A DNA stretch of 64,000 nt, from positions 6,325 through 70,324 of the forward strand of contig JAWBQY010000005.1 in NCBI GenBank assembly GCA_038844925.1, given 5' to 3'. This document shows positions 55,139 to 64,000 of the stretch, in pieces (the first letter of the stretch is position 1; each line of letters begins with the position of its first letter). The notes below the pieces were generated by a model, which saw only the letters and a list, made by a program, of their open reading frames with translations, was not told where the DNA came from and searched no databases. The translations under genes were made by a program, and so were the position numbers. The stretch comes from Sulfolobales archaeon. GTDB lineage: Archaea > Thermoproteota > Thermoprotei_A > Sulfolobales > NBVN01.

Positions 55139-57919
55139 TTAAGGTTTTGGATTATCCTTATATTTAATTGCGGCATGAGCTGCTGCTAACCTAGCAACAA
55201 CTACTCTATAAGGTGATGCACTCACGTAGTCGAGACCTATCCTATGTAGTATTTCAATAGACCTCGGATCACCACCATGTTCACCGCAGATACCTACCTC
55301 TAATTGCTTATTCGCTGACTTGCCTAACTTAGTTCCTATCTCAATTAGCTTTGCAACTCCCTTATCATCTAAAGTTTCGAATGGGTTGTACGTCAGTACA
55401 CCTGCTTCTATGTACTGCGGTAGGAACTTACCTTCAATATCATCCCTACTGAAGCTGAAGGTCGCTTGTGTTAGATCGTTCGTACCGTAGCTGAAGAAGT
55501 CTACTTCTTTAGCAATCTCATCAGCGGTTAGACATGCCCTAACGGTTTCAATCATTGTGCCGATCTTCAATTTATCAGATAGCTTGACCCCGTATCTTGA
55601 TTCAACATCCTTAATTGCTGGGAGGATGGCTTTCTCTTTAACGTATCTTATTTCAGAGGCTAAAGCTACTTGAGGTATCATTATCTCTAACATCGGGTTC
55701 TTCCCCTCCTTAATTAATTCAGCAGCTGCTTCAACCATAGACTTAGTTAGGTAGTAGTAGAATTCTGGATATGTAACTCCTACCCTAACACCTCTATGAC
55801 CCATCATAGGGTTATGCTCTTTAAGCTTTACAACTCTATTGTACAGCCATTCTAACTCCTTAACTGCCTCCTCATTAGCTCCCTTAATCTTTAACTCATA
55901 TAACTCCTTCAGTATTTCCTCAGGAGCTGGTAGGAATTCATGGAGTGGTGGGTCGATGAGCCTTATAATCACTGGTAAGCCATCCATAATTTCTAGAATT
56001 TCCTTAAAGTCCTTCTTAATCATCTCAGCTAATGGTTCTAAATACTTAACCCTACCCTCAACGTCTTCAGCAAGTATTACCTTCCTAAGAAGTTCTAATC
56101 TTTCAGGCTTTCTGAACATCCTCTCAATACGTAGTAGGCCTATACCCTCAGCACCGAACTTCCTAGCTATCATAGCGTCTTCGGGGACGTCAGCATTAGC
56201 CCTAACACCTAACTTCCTTACCTCATCAGCCCAGCTGAGGAGTATGTTTACCTCATTTATTAATTCCGGCTCGACCGTAGGCACCTTACCAAGGTATACG
56301 TCCCCTGAGGTCCCATCAATAGTGATCCAATCACCTTCCTTAACAACTACGTCGCCGACTCTAAACTCCTTGAGGTCGTAGTTTATGGAGATCGCCTCAG
56401 CACCTACTACTGCTGACTTACCAATCGCTCTAGCAACAACTGCTGCGTGACTAGTCATACCACCCCTACTTGTCAATATGCCTACAGCAGCGTAGAATCC
56501 GTGGACGTCATCTGGCTTGGTCTCAATTCTAACTAAGATGACCTTCTTACCATTTCGAGCCCACTCAACTGCGACGTCTGGGTGGAAGACTACTTGACCG
56601 CTTACAGCACCTGGTGATGCTCCCAAACCCTTAGCTATCGGTTTTCCTTTATACTTAGGGTCTATCCTCGGATATAGGAGTGATATTATATGTTCAGGCT
56701 TGACCTTCAGTAATGCCTCCTCCTTAGTTAGTATGCCATCCATTACTAAGTCAACAGCTGTCTTAACCCTTGCTAAGGGCGTCATCTTAGCATCTCTATT
56801 CTGTAGGAAGTACAGCTTACCTCTCTCAATAGTAAATTCTATATCCTGAACATCTTTATTCAACCTCTCTAAGATCTTACCTGCTTTAATTAGTTCGTCA
56901 TATACGTGGGGCATTAACTCCTTAAGCTTCTCTAAAGGCATGGGGGTTCTAATACCTGCAACTACGTCCTCACCCTGAGCATTTGGTAGGAACTCACCGT
57001 ACGGTCTGTTCTCACCGTTAGCAACATCCCTAGTGAATAGGACCCCCGTACCTGAATCCCAACCCATATTACCGAATACCATTGCAACGATGTTAACTGC
57101 TGTGCAGTCAGCTTCTTCCTTACTTATCTTATTAGCCATCCTGTAGAATATAGCTCTAGGATTCATCCAAGACCTAAATACTGCTTTAATAGCTAATTCG
57201 AGCTGCGTCCAAGGATCTTGCGGGAACTCACCCCACTCCTTCTTTATAACTTCTTTAAACTTCTCAACAACTTCTTTAAGACCTTCTACAGGGAGTTCCA
57301 CATCGTACTTCACACCGTACTTACTCTTAACTTCTTTGAATACCTCATCAAATAATTCCTCCTTAATACCTAATACTATCCTACCAAACATCTGTAGGAA
57401 CCTTCTATACGCGTCATAAGCGAACCACTCATTATTAGTTAATTTAGCAAGACCTCTAACGACTACGTCATTAAGTCCTAAGTTTAAGACTGTATCCATC
57501 ATTCCAGGCATAGATACTGCCGCTCCAGACCTTACAGAGACGAGTAGTGGGTTATTAGGGTCTCCGAACTTCTTACCACTTACCTCCTCTAACTTCCTAA
57601 TGTATTCCCTTACCTGATCCATCAGCCCCTCAGGAATTGGCAGACTGTCAACGATCCTCCATATCTCACTAATCAACCTATCCCTAACCTCTGGTGGTGG
57701 CCCCTTCTCCAACTCCACTACTAACTTCTCAATAGCCTCCTCACCATAGCTGTAGAAGTCCCTACAGGCTTCAGTAGTTATGGTAAACCCCGGCGGGACT
57801 GGAAGCCCTAGCTGAACCATTTGAGCTAGGCTAGCTCCCTTACCCCCTAATAACTTCTTATTCCTCCAATCACCTTCCTCAAAACTGAAAACATACTTCT
57901 TAACCATCTCAGAGCCCAT
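55139..57919 (-). CDS. ppdK: pyruvate, phosphate dikinase
   Basis: LLGGKGASLAQM, the phosphohistidine loop SRGGMTSHAAVVAR and the C-terminal GICGEHGGDP are present. Length is ~920 aa. Confidence 0.95.
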   Translation of the reverse strand: MGSEMVKKYVFSFEEGDWRNKKLLGGKGASLAQMVQLGLPVPPGFTITTEACRDFYSYGEEAIEKLVVELEKGPPPEVRDRLISEIWRIVDSLPIPEGLMDQVREYIRKLEEVSGKKFGDPNNPLLVSVRSGAAVSMPGMMDTVLNLGLNDVVVRGLAKLTNNEWFAYDAYRRFLQMFGRIVLGIKEELFDEVFKEVKSKYGVKYDVELPVEGLKEVVEKFKEVIKKEWGEFPQDPWTQLELAIKAVFRSWMNPRAIFYRMANKISKEEADCTAVNIVAMVFGNMGWDSGTGVLFTRDVANGENRPYGEFLPNAQGEDVVAGIRTPMPLEKLKELMPHVYDELIKAGKILERLNKDVQDIEFTIERGKLYFLQNRDAKMTPLARVKTAVDLVMDGILTKEEALLKVKPEHIISLLYPRIDPKYKGKPIAKGLGASPGAVSGQVVFHPDVAVEWARNGKKVILVRIETKPDDVHGFYAAVGILTSRGGMTSHAAVVARAIGKSAVVGAEAISINYDLKEFRVGDVVVKEGDWITIDGTSGDVYLGKVPTVEPELINEVNILLSWADEVRKLGVRANADVPEDAMIARKFGAEGIGLLRIERMFRKPERLELLRKVILAEDVEGRVKYLEPLAEMIKKDFKEILEIMDGLPVIIRLIDPPLHEFLPAPEEILKELYELKIKGANEEAVKELEWLYNRVVKLKEHNPMMGHRGVRVGVTYPEFYYYLTKSMVEAAAELIKEGKNPMLEIMIPQVALASEIRYVKEKAILPAIKDVESRYGVKLSDKLKIGTMIETVRACLTADEIAKEVDFFSYGTNDLTQATFSFSRDDIEGKFLPQYIEAGVLTYNPFETLDDKGVAKLIEIGTKLGKSANKQLEVGICGEHGGDPRSIEILHRIGLDYVSASPYRVVVARLAAAHAAIKYKDNPKP

Positions 57920-57985
57920 AAGCTTTGAACGTTAGAGCTAATAAATATTACTTTAAGAATTATAATTAAGTAGCTAAGATTTAAG

Positions 57986-59392
57986 CTACTCAACAATTAC
58001 GCGGACTTTAATTCTGACCTCCCCCCGCAACCACTTAATAATGTTTAAGAGCATATCATACCATATCCTCATCAACTCTTTGAAGTTCTTATCAAACGTA
58101 ATCCAAAACAGTTGAATCATTAAAGAAGTGTAAATCAGAGGTGTTAGTTGAACCATGTAGAAACTGTACTGAGTTCTACTACCTATAATCCATATGAAGA
58201 CGTACATCATGAAGATACTCCACGTATAGGTTAAAGTTATACCTCCATCAGGTAACTTCCTCAACGCAGGTAGGATTAGGAGGGTTAACGCAGTAGCGAT
58301 TAAGTAGATAGCGTTGTTACCCCTAGCAATTAGATCTGCTACTAACTCCCCGTTAACGTATTCGTAGTGAAGTATAAATGGGTTTAAACCAACTAACCAC
58401 TCCCAAGGAGCTGAGGTAGGGGGACCTGATAGGGTTTTCACACTTAAGTGCCATCTAACAGCATTTTCAACTGCTTCATACCACCACTGCTGAAAGCCTA
58501 GAGTGGAGATTAGGGGTGTTGAGGAGAGGATAAGCATAAGTGCTGGGATGCAGACAACGTATAAGATTGCCTTAAAGGGTTCCATCCTCTTAAACATGTA
58601 GTACGTGAGGGCTGGCAGTGCGAAGAGGCCTGTATACTTAGAAATAAATGCTAGTCCTAATACGGCTACGGCAGCATAAACCCTCTGCTTAACTATTAAG
58701 TAGAGTGTTAGAACTGTAAATAAAGATGTGAAGATGTCTAACATTGCTACAATACTTAAAGACCTAAATAACGTGTCTAAAGATGTGATTAAAACTGCTA
58801 CAACCCCTAAATAATTACCTACGGCACCTCCTACAACTGACTTAACAATTAAGTAAACAATCATCAGTATGGCACATGAAGCTATTATTGAGGGTAGCCG
58901 CCAGCATATAGGTCTATCACCGCATACAGCTATTGACGTGGCTATGAAGTACTTAACAAGTGGTGGGTGTTCAGTATTTAAGTAATCTGTAATCCTACTT
59001 GAGTCGGGGTATCTATAGCCGGGAATTACACTTATAACGTTTGGCATTCCTGATAATCTCTGAATTATGTCTAACTCTCTAACCTCTGCGTAAATTATGT
59101 TCACATTCCTGTAGTCCTGCTTAACTACTCTACCACTAGCTAGTATCTCATTAATGACTCCCTCAGTACCTAAGTAACTACTAACTAATACGTTAATCCC
59201 TAATAGACCATCATCACTTACGTATAAGGGTTGGCCCTTAAACACCTTAACAATTATGTTTCGAGCACTACTCACATACCAACACTCATCTGATATGTAG
59301 TCATTCACTCTTAACGCATAATTATAAACGTAGTAGAAGTGAAATGCTATTATAACTAAGACCGCTATACTAGGAAGTGTGGACGTCAACAC
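57986..59392 (-). CDS. GT39/PMT-like (ArnT-type) membrane glycosyltransferase
   Basis: A polytopic membrane protein with the EHPPLVKYFIA loop motif characteristic of dolichyl/undecaprenyl-phosphate-sugar dependent glycosyltransferases. Confidence 0.7.
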   Translation of the reverse strand: MLTSTLPSIAVLVIIAFHFYYVYNYALRVNDYISDECWYVSSARNIIVKVFKGQPLYVSDDGLLGINVLVSSYLGTEGVINEILASGRVVKQDYRNVNIIYAEVRELDIIQRLSGMPNVISVIPGYRYPDSSRITDYLNTEHPPLVKYFIATSIAVCGDRPICWRLPSIIASCAILMIVYLIVKSVVGGAVGNYLGVVAVLITSLDTLFRSLSIVAMLDIFTSLFTVLTLYLIVKQRVYAAVAVLGLAFISKYTGLFALPALTYYMFKRMEPFKAILYVVCIPALMLILSSTPLISTLGFQQWWYEAVENAVRWHLSVKTLSGPPTSAPWEWLVGLNPFILHYEYVNGELVADLIARGNNAIYLIATALTLLILPALRKLPDGGITLTYTWSIFMMYVFIWIIGSRTQYSFYMVQLTPLIYTSLMIQLFWITFDKNFKELMRIWYDMLLNIIKWLRGEVRIKVRVIVE

Positions 59393-59508
59393 CTTCTTAA
59401 AACATGTATTAATAGTTAAACCCCGATAGAGAGTTGAGAACCCTCCTAATAATACTTACTCTAAGTCTAAAAGATTTAACATTTACATCAAACCTAATAA
59501 TATGATAG

Positions 59509-60813
59509 GTGGTCTGTATTAGGGAGAGATTAGCAGGCTTTAAAGTTTTTGATAAAGTTGATGAAGCTATTAACAAACTGTTAAAGCATGTTAGTATTAG
59601 CTTAGATGTCATTGAAGTCCCGCTTACAGAGTCTTTAAATTACATATGTGCTGAAAATGTTAATGCATTAAACGACATACCACCATTTGATAGAAGTGCT
59701 GTCGACGGATATGCGGTGAAGTCGTCAGCCACGACTAGTGCCTCACCCCATAATCCAGTATACTTCGAATTGCTAGGAACTATAGAAGCCGGCGATGATG
59801 TATCGAAATTAAAGCCCGTCAATCCTGGTGAAACTTACTTAATATTTACTGGGGGTCAACTACCTCAGGGGGCTGATGCTGTAGTACCGGTTGAACATGC
59901 AGTATGTGAGGGTCGTAGGGTTAGGATAATGAGGTCCGTACATCCCTACGCTAACGTATCCAGAGCGGGGGAGGACTTCAGAAAAGGTGATGTGATCATT
60001 ACGAGAGGGACGCGGATAATGCCATGGCATATTGCAGCACTAGCCTCTGCAAACATAACTAAGGTTAAAGTGTATAGAAAGATGAAGGTCTCTATAATAA
60101 ATACTGGGAATGAGTTAGTAGAGTTAGGGGATGAGGTAACTCATGGACGAATAATAAACTCTACCGGATTATTAGTTGAGGCCTACCTCAAATATCATAA
60201 CATCACGCCGGTAAGGTTTGGCATACTGCCAGACGATGTGGAAGCAATTAAAAACGCTTTAACTAAGGCTTTGGAGCTCTCAGACGCTGTGATTATTACT
60301 GGAGGTACTTCAGTCGGTGGTAGGGACTTAGTCCCAGAAGCTGTTGAGTCTTTAGAAGGGGCTGTGAGGATATTCCACGGCGTTGCTATGAGGCCTGGGA
60401 GAACAGCCGGTGCTTATGTAGTGAGGGGTAAGCCTATCTTCCTATTCTCCGGACTACCAGTCGCATGCCTTATCTCATTAGAGGTCTTCCTTAAACCACT
60501 CATAAACTACGTGACTGGGGGTGAAGACCTACCAAGACCTGAGGTTTCCGGGATCATGGTTAGAAGATTAGCAAACGACGTCGGCTTTAGATCCTTCTAC
60601 AGAGTTAAGGTATGCTATTCCGATGATGGGAGATATTACGTTGAACCACTAAGACTTACCGGCTCTGGAGTACTCTCAACCTTAATTAAAGGTAACGGCA
60701 TCCTAGTAATTCCAGAAAACGTTGAAGGGATTGAAGCAGGTGAGGAAGTGAAGGTAATTGTTGTAAACCCCATACCTAAATGCGGGGACTTTCAACCTTC
60801 TTTTGACTCATAA
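59509..60813 (+). CDS. moeA: molybdopterin molybdenumtransferase MoeA
   Basis: PPFDRSAVDGYAV, TGGQLPQGADAVV and ITGGTSVGGRDL are present. Length is ~430 aa. Confidence 0.9.
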   Translation: MVCIRERLAGFKVFDKVDEAINKLLKHVSISLDVIEVPLTESLNYICAENVNALNDIPPFDRSAVDGYAVKSSATTSASPHNPVYFELLGTIEAGDDVSKLKPVNPGETYLIFTGGQLPQGADAVVPVEHAVCEGRRVRIMRSVHPYANVSRAGEDFRKGDVIITRGTRIMPWHIAALASANITKVKVYRKMKVSIINTGNELVELGDEVTHGRIINSTGLLVEAYLKYHNITPVRFGILPDDVEAIKNALTKALELSDAVIITGGTSVGGRDLVPEAVESLEGAVRIFHGVAMRPGRTAGAYVVRGKPIFLFSGLPVACLISLEVFLKPLINYVTGGEDLPRPEVSGIMVRRLANDVGFRSFYRVKVCYSDDGRYYVEPLRLTGSGVLSTLIKGNGILVIPENVEGIEAGEEVKVIVVNPIPKCGDFQPSFDS

Positions 60814-61092
60814 CCTCTTGACGTAGCTATTATACATCCTTCAACCTTTAAGCACTTTAAACCTCCCACACATACTTCAGCTTCATGAGTGCTCCGTGAG
60901 GTTAGTCCTTCATAAATAATTTAGTGGGGTTTGCAGTAGAGGTGGTTAAAGATAATAACGTATGCTTTAGATGGAGGAGGTCAAGTTAATGAAGTTGAGG
61001 ATTGAGCAGATAACTAGTACTACCAGTAATGGGTCTAGGTCTGCAACTAACGTTTTTAATAATTTAAAATTTCTTAAGATGCTTAGCAATAT

Positions 61093-61884
61093 GTGGGATG
61101 CGGTTTGAAGGTCTTAGTATCTAATGATGATAGCTATCTGAGTCCGGGTCTCTACCTTATCTACGAGTCTATTAAAGACATCTGCAATGAGGTGTTAGTA
61201 ATATCTACTCAGTATCCTAAATCTGCGACAGGTCGTGAGATAACTTTTAATAAGCCTTTAAGGCTCTATAAGACTAAGTACTTAGGGTATGAGGTCTTCG
61301 TAACGGATGGTAGTCCTATTGATGCTTTACACTTAGCTGTCGAGATATTAGGATTTAAGCCTGACTTACTTATATCAGGTGTTAATGTTGGGGAGAACCT
61401 CTCACTACAGCACATATTTTACAGCGGTACTGTTGGATTGGCGATAGAGGCTGCCTTAATGGGCATACCGGCAGTAGCTATCTCAGCAGATGTTTATGAG
61501 TTTTCAGATTTTAATGACCCCCGCCTCCAGGAAATAGTCTTAAAATTTCTGAAAAATCTTCTCATGAATATCGAGAGGTTGGGCTTCCCGGAAGGGGTTG
61601 ACGTACTTACAGTAAACATACCTAGAGCTGACTCCTTCAACAATTGTTATAAGGTTGTTAGAGCAGCTAGGCTTAGGTGGAGGGCTAGGTATAAGATAGA
61701 TAGGGATGTGAGGGGACATCTCTGCTATTGGTTGCAGAGTGAGCCTGGGGTCTCTGAGGTAGATACCGACGTATACTTCTTCGAGAATAAGAAGTGTATA
61801 ACTATAACACCAATTACTGTTGACTTAAACGCGAAGCCTGAGACTATGAGGCAAGTAGAAAAGTTAGTCGGACATCCGGTTTAA
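61093..61884 (+). CDS. surE: 5'/3'-nucleotidase SurE
   Basis: VLVSNDDS at the N-terminus, SGVNVGENL and YSGTVG are present. The true start may be the TTG at 61105. Confidence 0.85.
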   Translation: MGCGLKVLVSNDDSYLSPGLYLIYESIKDICNEVLVISTQYPKSATGREITFNKPLRLYKTKYLGYEVFVTDGSPIDALHLAVEILGFKPDLLISGVNVGENLSLQHIFYSGTVGLAIEAALMGIPAVAISADVYEFSDFNDPRLQEIVLKFLKNLLMNIERLGFPEGVDVLTVNIPRADSFNNCYKVVRAARLRWRARYKIDRDVRGHLCYWLQSEPGVSEVDTDVYFFENKKCITITPITVDLNAKPETMRQVEKLVGHPV

Positions 61885-61906
61885 GTAGGTGGTTCAGACA
61901 TCAAAA

Positions 61907-62461
61907 TTACTGCTCAAGCATGTACGTTCGGTGGACTCTGTAGCCCAACCTTATTAGTAGGTCATAGCATTTATAGCAGTATTTAAATTCCTTAAAATCT
62001 GTGTCATATATGCTGTTACTAAATGCCATCACACACCGCCTATTACTACAGTGTCTTAATCCTAGGACATGGCCTACCTCATGTAAAACCTCTTTCTTAA
62101 TCCTTGACACATATTTAGTCCCTACTAACTCGTTAGAATCTCTTAACCTTTTTAGAAATACTAAGGCAACACCTTCCTTAGGATCTGCTATACCGAAGAT
62201 GAAGTTAAGGCCAGGTACGTAGGCATCCAAGTCTGCTACTCCGACCAATATTGATGTACTAGTTGTTCTCAGCCTGCTTGACCAATTAAGGAGTTTTAAC
62301 CCATCATACTGCCTTCTATAGACGTTCTCAAATTCTTGTGGTGCATGTACGTAGGGTAGTACTACTACGCTAGCTTCAAAAACATCTACTAGTAAGTTCT
62401 TAACGACCTCGACTAAGCTATGAGTACGTAGTTCTATGGGTAAGACTTCAAAGATCATCAA
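61907..62461 (-). CDS. amzA: archaemetzincin
   Basis: HEVGHVLGLRHC is followed by CVM...YCYKC, the second (Cys4) zinc site. Length is ~180 aa. Confidence 0.85.
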   Translation of the reverse strand: MMIFEVLPIELRTHSLVEVVKNLLVDVFEASVVVLPYVHAPQEFENVYRRQYDGLKLLNWSSRLRTTSTSILVGVADLDAYVPGLNFIFGIADPKEGVALVFLKRLRDSNELVGTKYVSRIKKEVLHEVGHVLGLRHCSNRRCVMAFSNSIYDTDFKEFKYCYKCYDLLIRLGYRVHRTYMLEQ

Positions 62462-62521
62462 GCCCTTCCTCTACTCTTAAAAAACTTAAAAAACGTAATT
62501 AAAATAAAGTGAGCGGTTTTC

Positions 62522-63676
62522 CTAACTACCGTATACTTTAGACCTTCCTAGAAGTGCCTTACGTATTAAATTCTTAACTATTTCCTCATTAACTGGTGAG
62601 GGGTTATTCCCTATATTCCTCTTATACCCCATAGTATCACTGGCTATGGCGTCTAACTCCTCTTCCTTAAAACCTACTTCAGCAATGCTGTCAGGTATTC
62701 CGACAGCGTCTGTAAGCCTACATAACATCTTTATGAATCCCTCAATAGATGATGTGTTAGTAACTCTTAGGAGTATGTTTAACTTCCCTTCATCTATGTA
62801 TTTAAGATTATATTCAAGTATGAAGGGCATTAATAACGCGTTAGCTAGTCCGTGCTGTACGTTATGATGCGTTGTTAAGTAGTAGCCCGCGCCATGTATT
62901 AAGGTGGTGCCTGCATCGTTTATAGCCATACCCCCTAGAGTAGCTGCTATGTGTAACTTACCCTTAGCCTCTTCATCTCCTTCATAAGCTTTAGGTAGAT
63001 ACCTCATTATGTAGTCTATCGCTATTAGAGCTACACCATCTGATATGGGGGTTGACGCTTTCGACGTATATGCCTCAATAGCATGTGATAATGCGTCTAG
63101 AGATGTCCAAGCAAGTAATTTCTTAGGTAATTTCTTAAGGACTTCTGGGTCTACTATAGCCACCTTAGGTAGGACTGAGGGTCCAGCCATGGTCATCTTC
63201 TTCTTAGTGCTTAAGTCAGTTATTATGGCATATCTAGTGACTTCAGCACCGGTACCGCATGTCGTAGGTATTGCTATGACTGGAATCGTCGGACCCTCAA
63301 CTATTTTAGGGAAGAAGTAGTCGCTGGCCTTACCGCCTAAGGATGTTAGAACTGAGATCGCCTTCCCAGCATCCATAGCGCTACCACCGCCAAACGCCAC
63401 TATCGCATCAACACCTTCCTCCTTAGAGATCTTAGCCCCCTTCTCACATGTCTCAATACTCGGGTTTTCCTCAACCTCATTGAATAGTATGTAGTTAATA
63501 CCTACTGAGTTTAGAGATTTTGAAATGATGTCTAAGTACCCAGTAACTTCTAGTAAGTTACCAGTAGTTACTAAGAGTACCTTAGAACCACCTAACTTCT
63601 TAACTTCCTCTCCAACCCTACTTACCGTACCCTTCCCAAATACTACCTTAGTATGTAGGTAGTGTGTGAACTCTAT
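62522..63676 (-). CDS. iron-containing alcohol dehydrogenase (second paralogue); start set at in-frame ATA (ORF track starts at GTG 63400)
   Basis: The same frame upstream of 63400 encodes EFTHYLHTKVVFGKGTVSRVGEEVKKLGGSKVLLVTT...AFGGGSAMDAGK. The in-frame TGA is at 63683-63685. The resulting 385 codons match family length. Confidence 0.8.
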   Translation of the reverse strand: MEFTHYLHTKVVFGKGTVSRVGEEVKKLGGSKVLLVTTGNLLEVTGYLDIISKSLNSVGINYILFNEVEENPSIETCEKGAKISKEEGVDAIVAFGGGSAMDAGKAISVLTSLGGKASDYFFPKIVEGPTIPVIAIPTTCGTGAEVTRYAIITDLSTKKKMTMAGPSVLPKVAIVDPEVLKKLPKKLLAWTSLDALSHAIEAYTSKASTPISDGVALIAIDYIMRYLPKAYEGDEEAKGKLHIAATLGGMAINDAGTTLIHGAGYYLTTHHNVQHGLANALLMPFILEYNLKYIDEGKLNILLRVTNTSSIEGFIKMLCRLTDAVGIPDSIAEVGFKEEELDAIASDTMGYKRNIGNNPSPVNEEIVKNLIRKALLGRSKVYGS

Positions 63677-63889
63677 CTGAACTCACCGTGAACCTATTGT
63701 AACATGACTTAATAAGCTCTAAAGAGCTCAGACGGAGGATTATAAGCTTGTTCAACTATTTGGCTTTCGTAGCAGACCTCTACCATCTGTGATGGTAATT
63801 CTTAATGACTCTACGAGTAGTAGGTGGGTTGGAGGGAAAATTCATATCTAGGATGTCAAAATAACTTAATGGTAAGTACTGACAACTAC

Positions 63890-64000
63890 CTACTTAATGA
63901 AGTTTACTAACGTCCCTATATTTTCTACTTCCTCCTCAATTACATCGCCGGGCTTTAGGCCTTCAGGAGGGCCTGCTGGGGGGCTGCCGAATGAGATAAC
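63890..64000 (-). CDS. fumarylacetoacetate hydrolase (FAH) family protein, C-terminal 36 codons only (gene continues beyond window)
   Basis: Hand translation gives VISFGSPPAGPPEGLKPGDVIEEEVENIGTLVNFIK-stop, resembling the FAH-family C-terminus (GTPxGVG...LxPGDxVxxEIExIGxLxN). Confidence 0.5.
   Translation of the reverse strand, partial: VISFGSPPAGPPEGLKPGDVIEEEVENIGTLVNFIK

Noticed and set aside
55839-56381. 180-aa plus-strand ORF antisense to ppdK
   Set aside because: It is a serine-rich shadow ORF inside an unambiguous PPDK coding frame.
60974-61111. 45-codon plus-strand ORF upstream of and overlapping surE
   Set aside because: It has no motif, low complexity, overlaps the surE start in another frame, and has no evident promoter.
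1-64000. CRISPR arrays, rRNA/tRNA genes, transposases, integrases, prophage or toxin-antitoxin modules
   Set aside because: I looked for regularly spaced repeats, T-arm-like GGTTCGAATC motifs, GC-rich RNA genes of appropriate size and recombinase motifs, and found none. By-eye scanning can miss short or degenerate elements, so a tRNAscan/Infernal/repeat-finder run is still advisable.

Overview
Densely packed archaeal chromosomal window, roughly 40% GC by eye. It holds about 60 protein genes with short spacers and many 1-10 nt start/stop overlaps. The content is mostly housekeeping: TBP, Orc1/Cdc6, Hel308, PheRS alpha and beta, GlnA, NadE, pyruvate phosphate dikinase, AhcY, SurE, MoeA, a fused MoaD-MoaE, a 2-oxoacid dehydrogenase operon, two HMG-CoA synthase/thiolase/DUF35 triads, a HerA-like/NurA-like pair, radical SAM enzymes, transporters and several proteases (rhomboid, S8 subtilase, archaemetzincin, an unclassified metzincin-like protein). 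The gene set suggests a thermophilic crenarchaeon, possibly Thermoproteales-like; this is a low-confidence inference. I saw no rRNA, tRNA, CRISPR array, integrase or transposase. Most interesting observations: (1) The two thiolase/HMGCS/DUF35 triads show reciprocal loss of catalytic cysteines: one has an intact HMGCS and a Cys-less thiolase, the other an intact thiolase and a degenerate HMGCS. (2) Three genes (lpd/E3, a radical SAM gene, an Fe-ADH) have conserved N-terminal coding sequence upstream of any ATG/GTG/TTG, bounded by an in-frame stop, with an SD-like GGTGA element followed by ATA/ATT/ATC. This suggests non-canonical initiation. (3) The E2 component is split into a free lipoyl-domain protein and a catalytic-domain protein with no subunit-binding domain. 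(4) Two intergenic minus-strand candidates have exact C/D-box sRNA geometry. (5) A membrane-tethered wHTH regulator lies near a rhomboid protease. All calls come from reading the sequence and ORF translations by eye; no searches were run.
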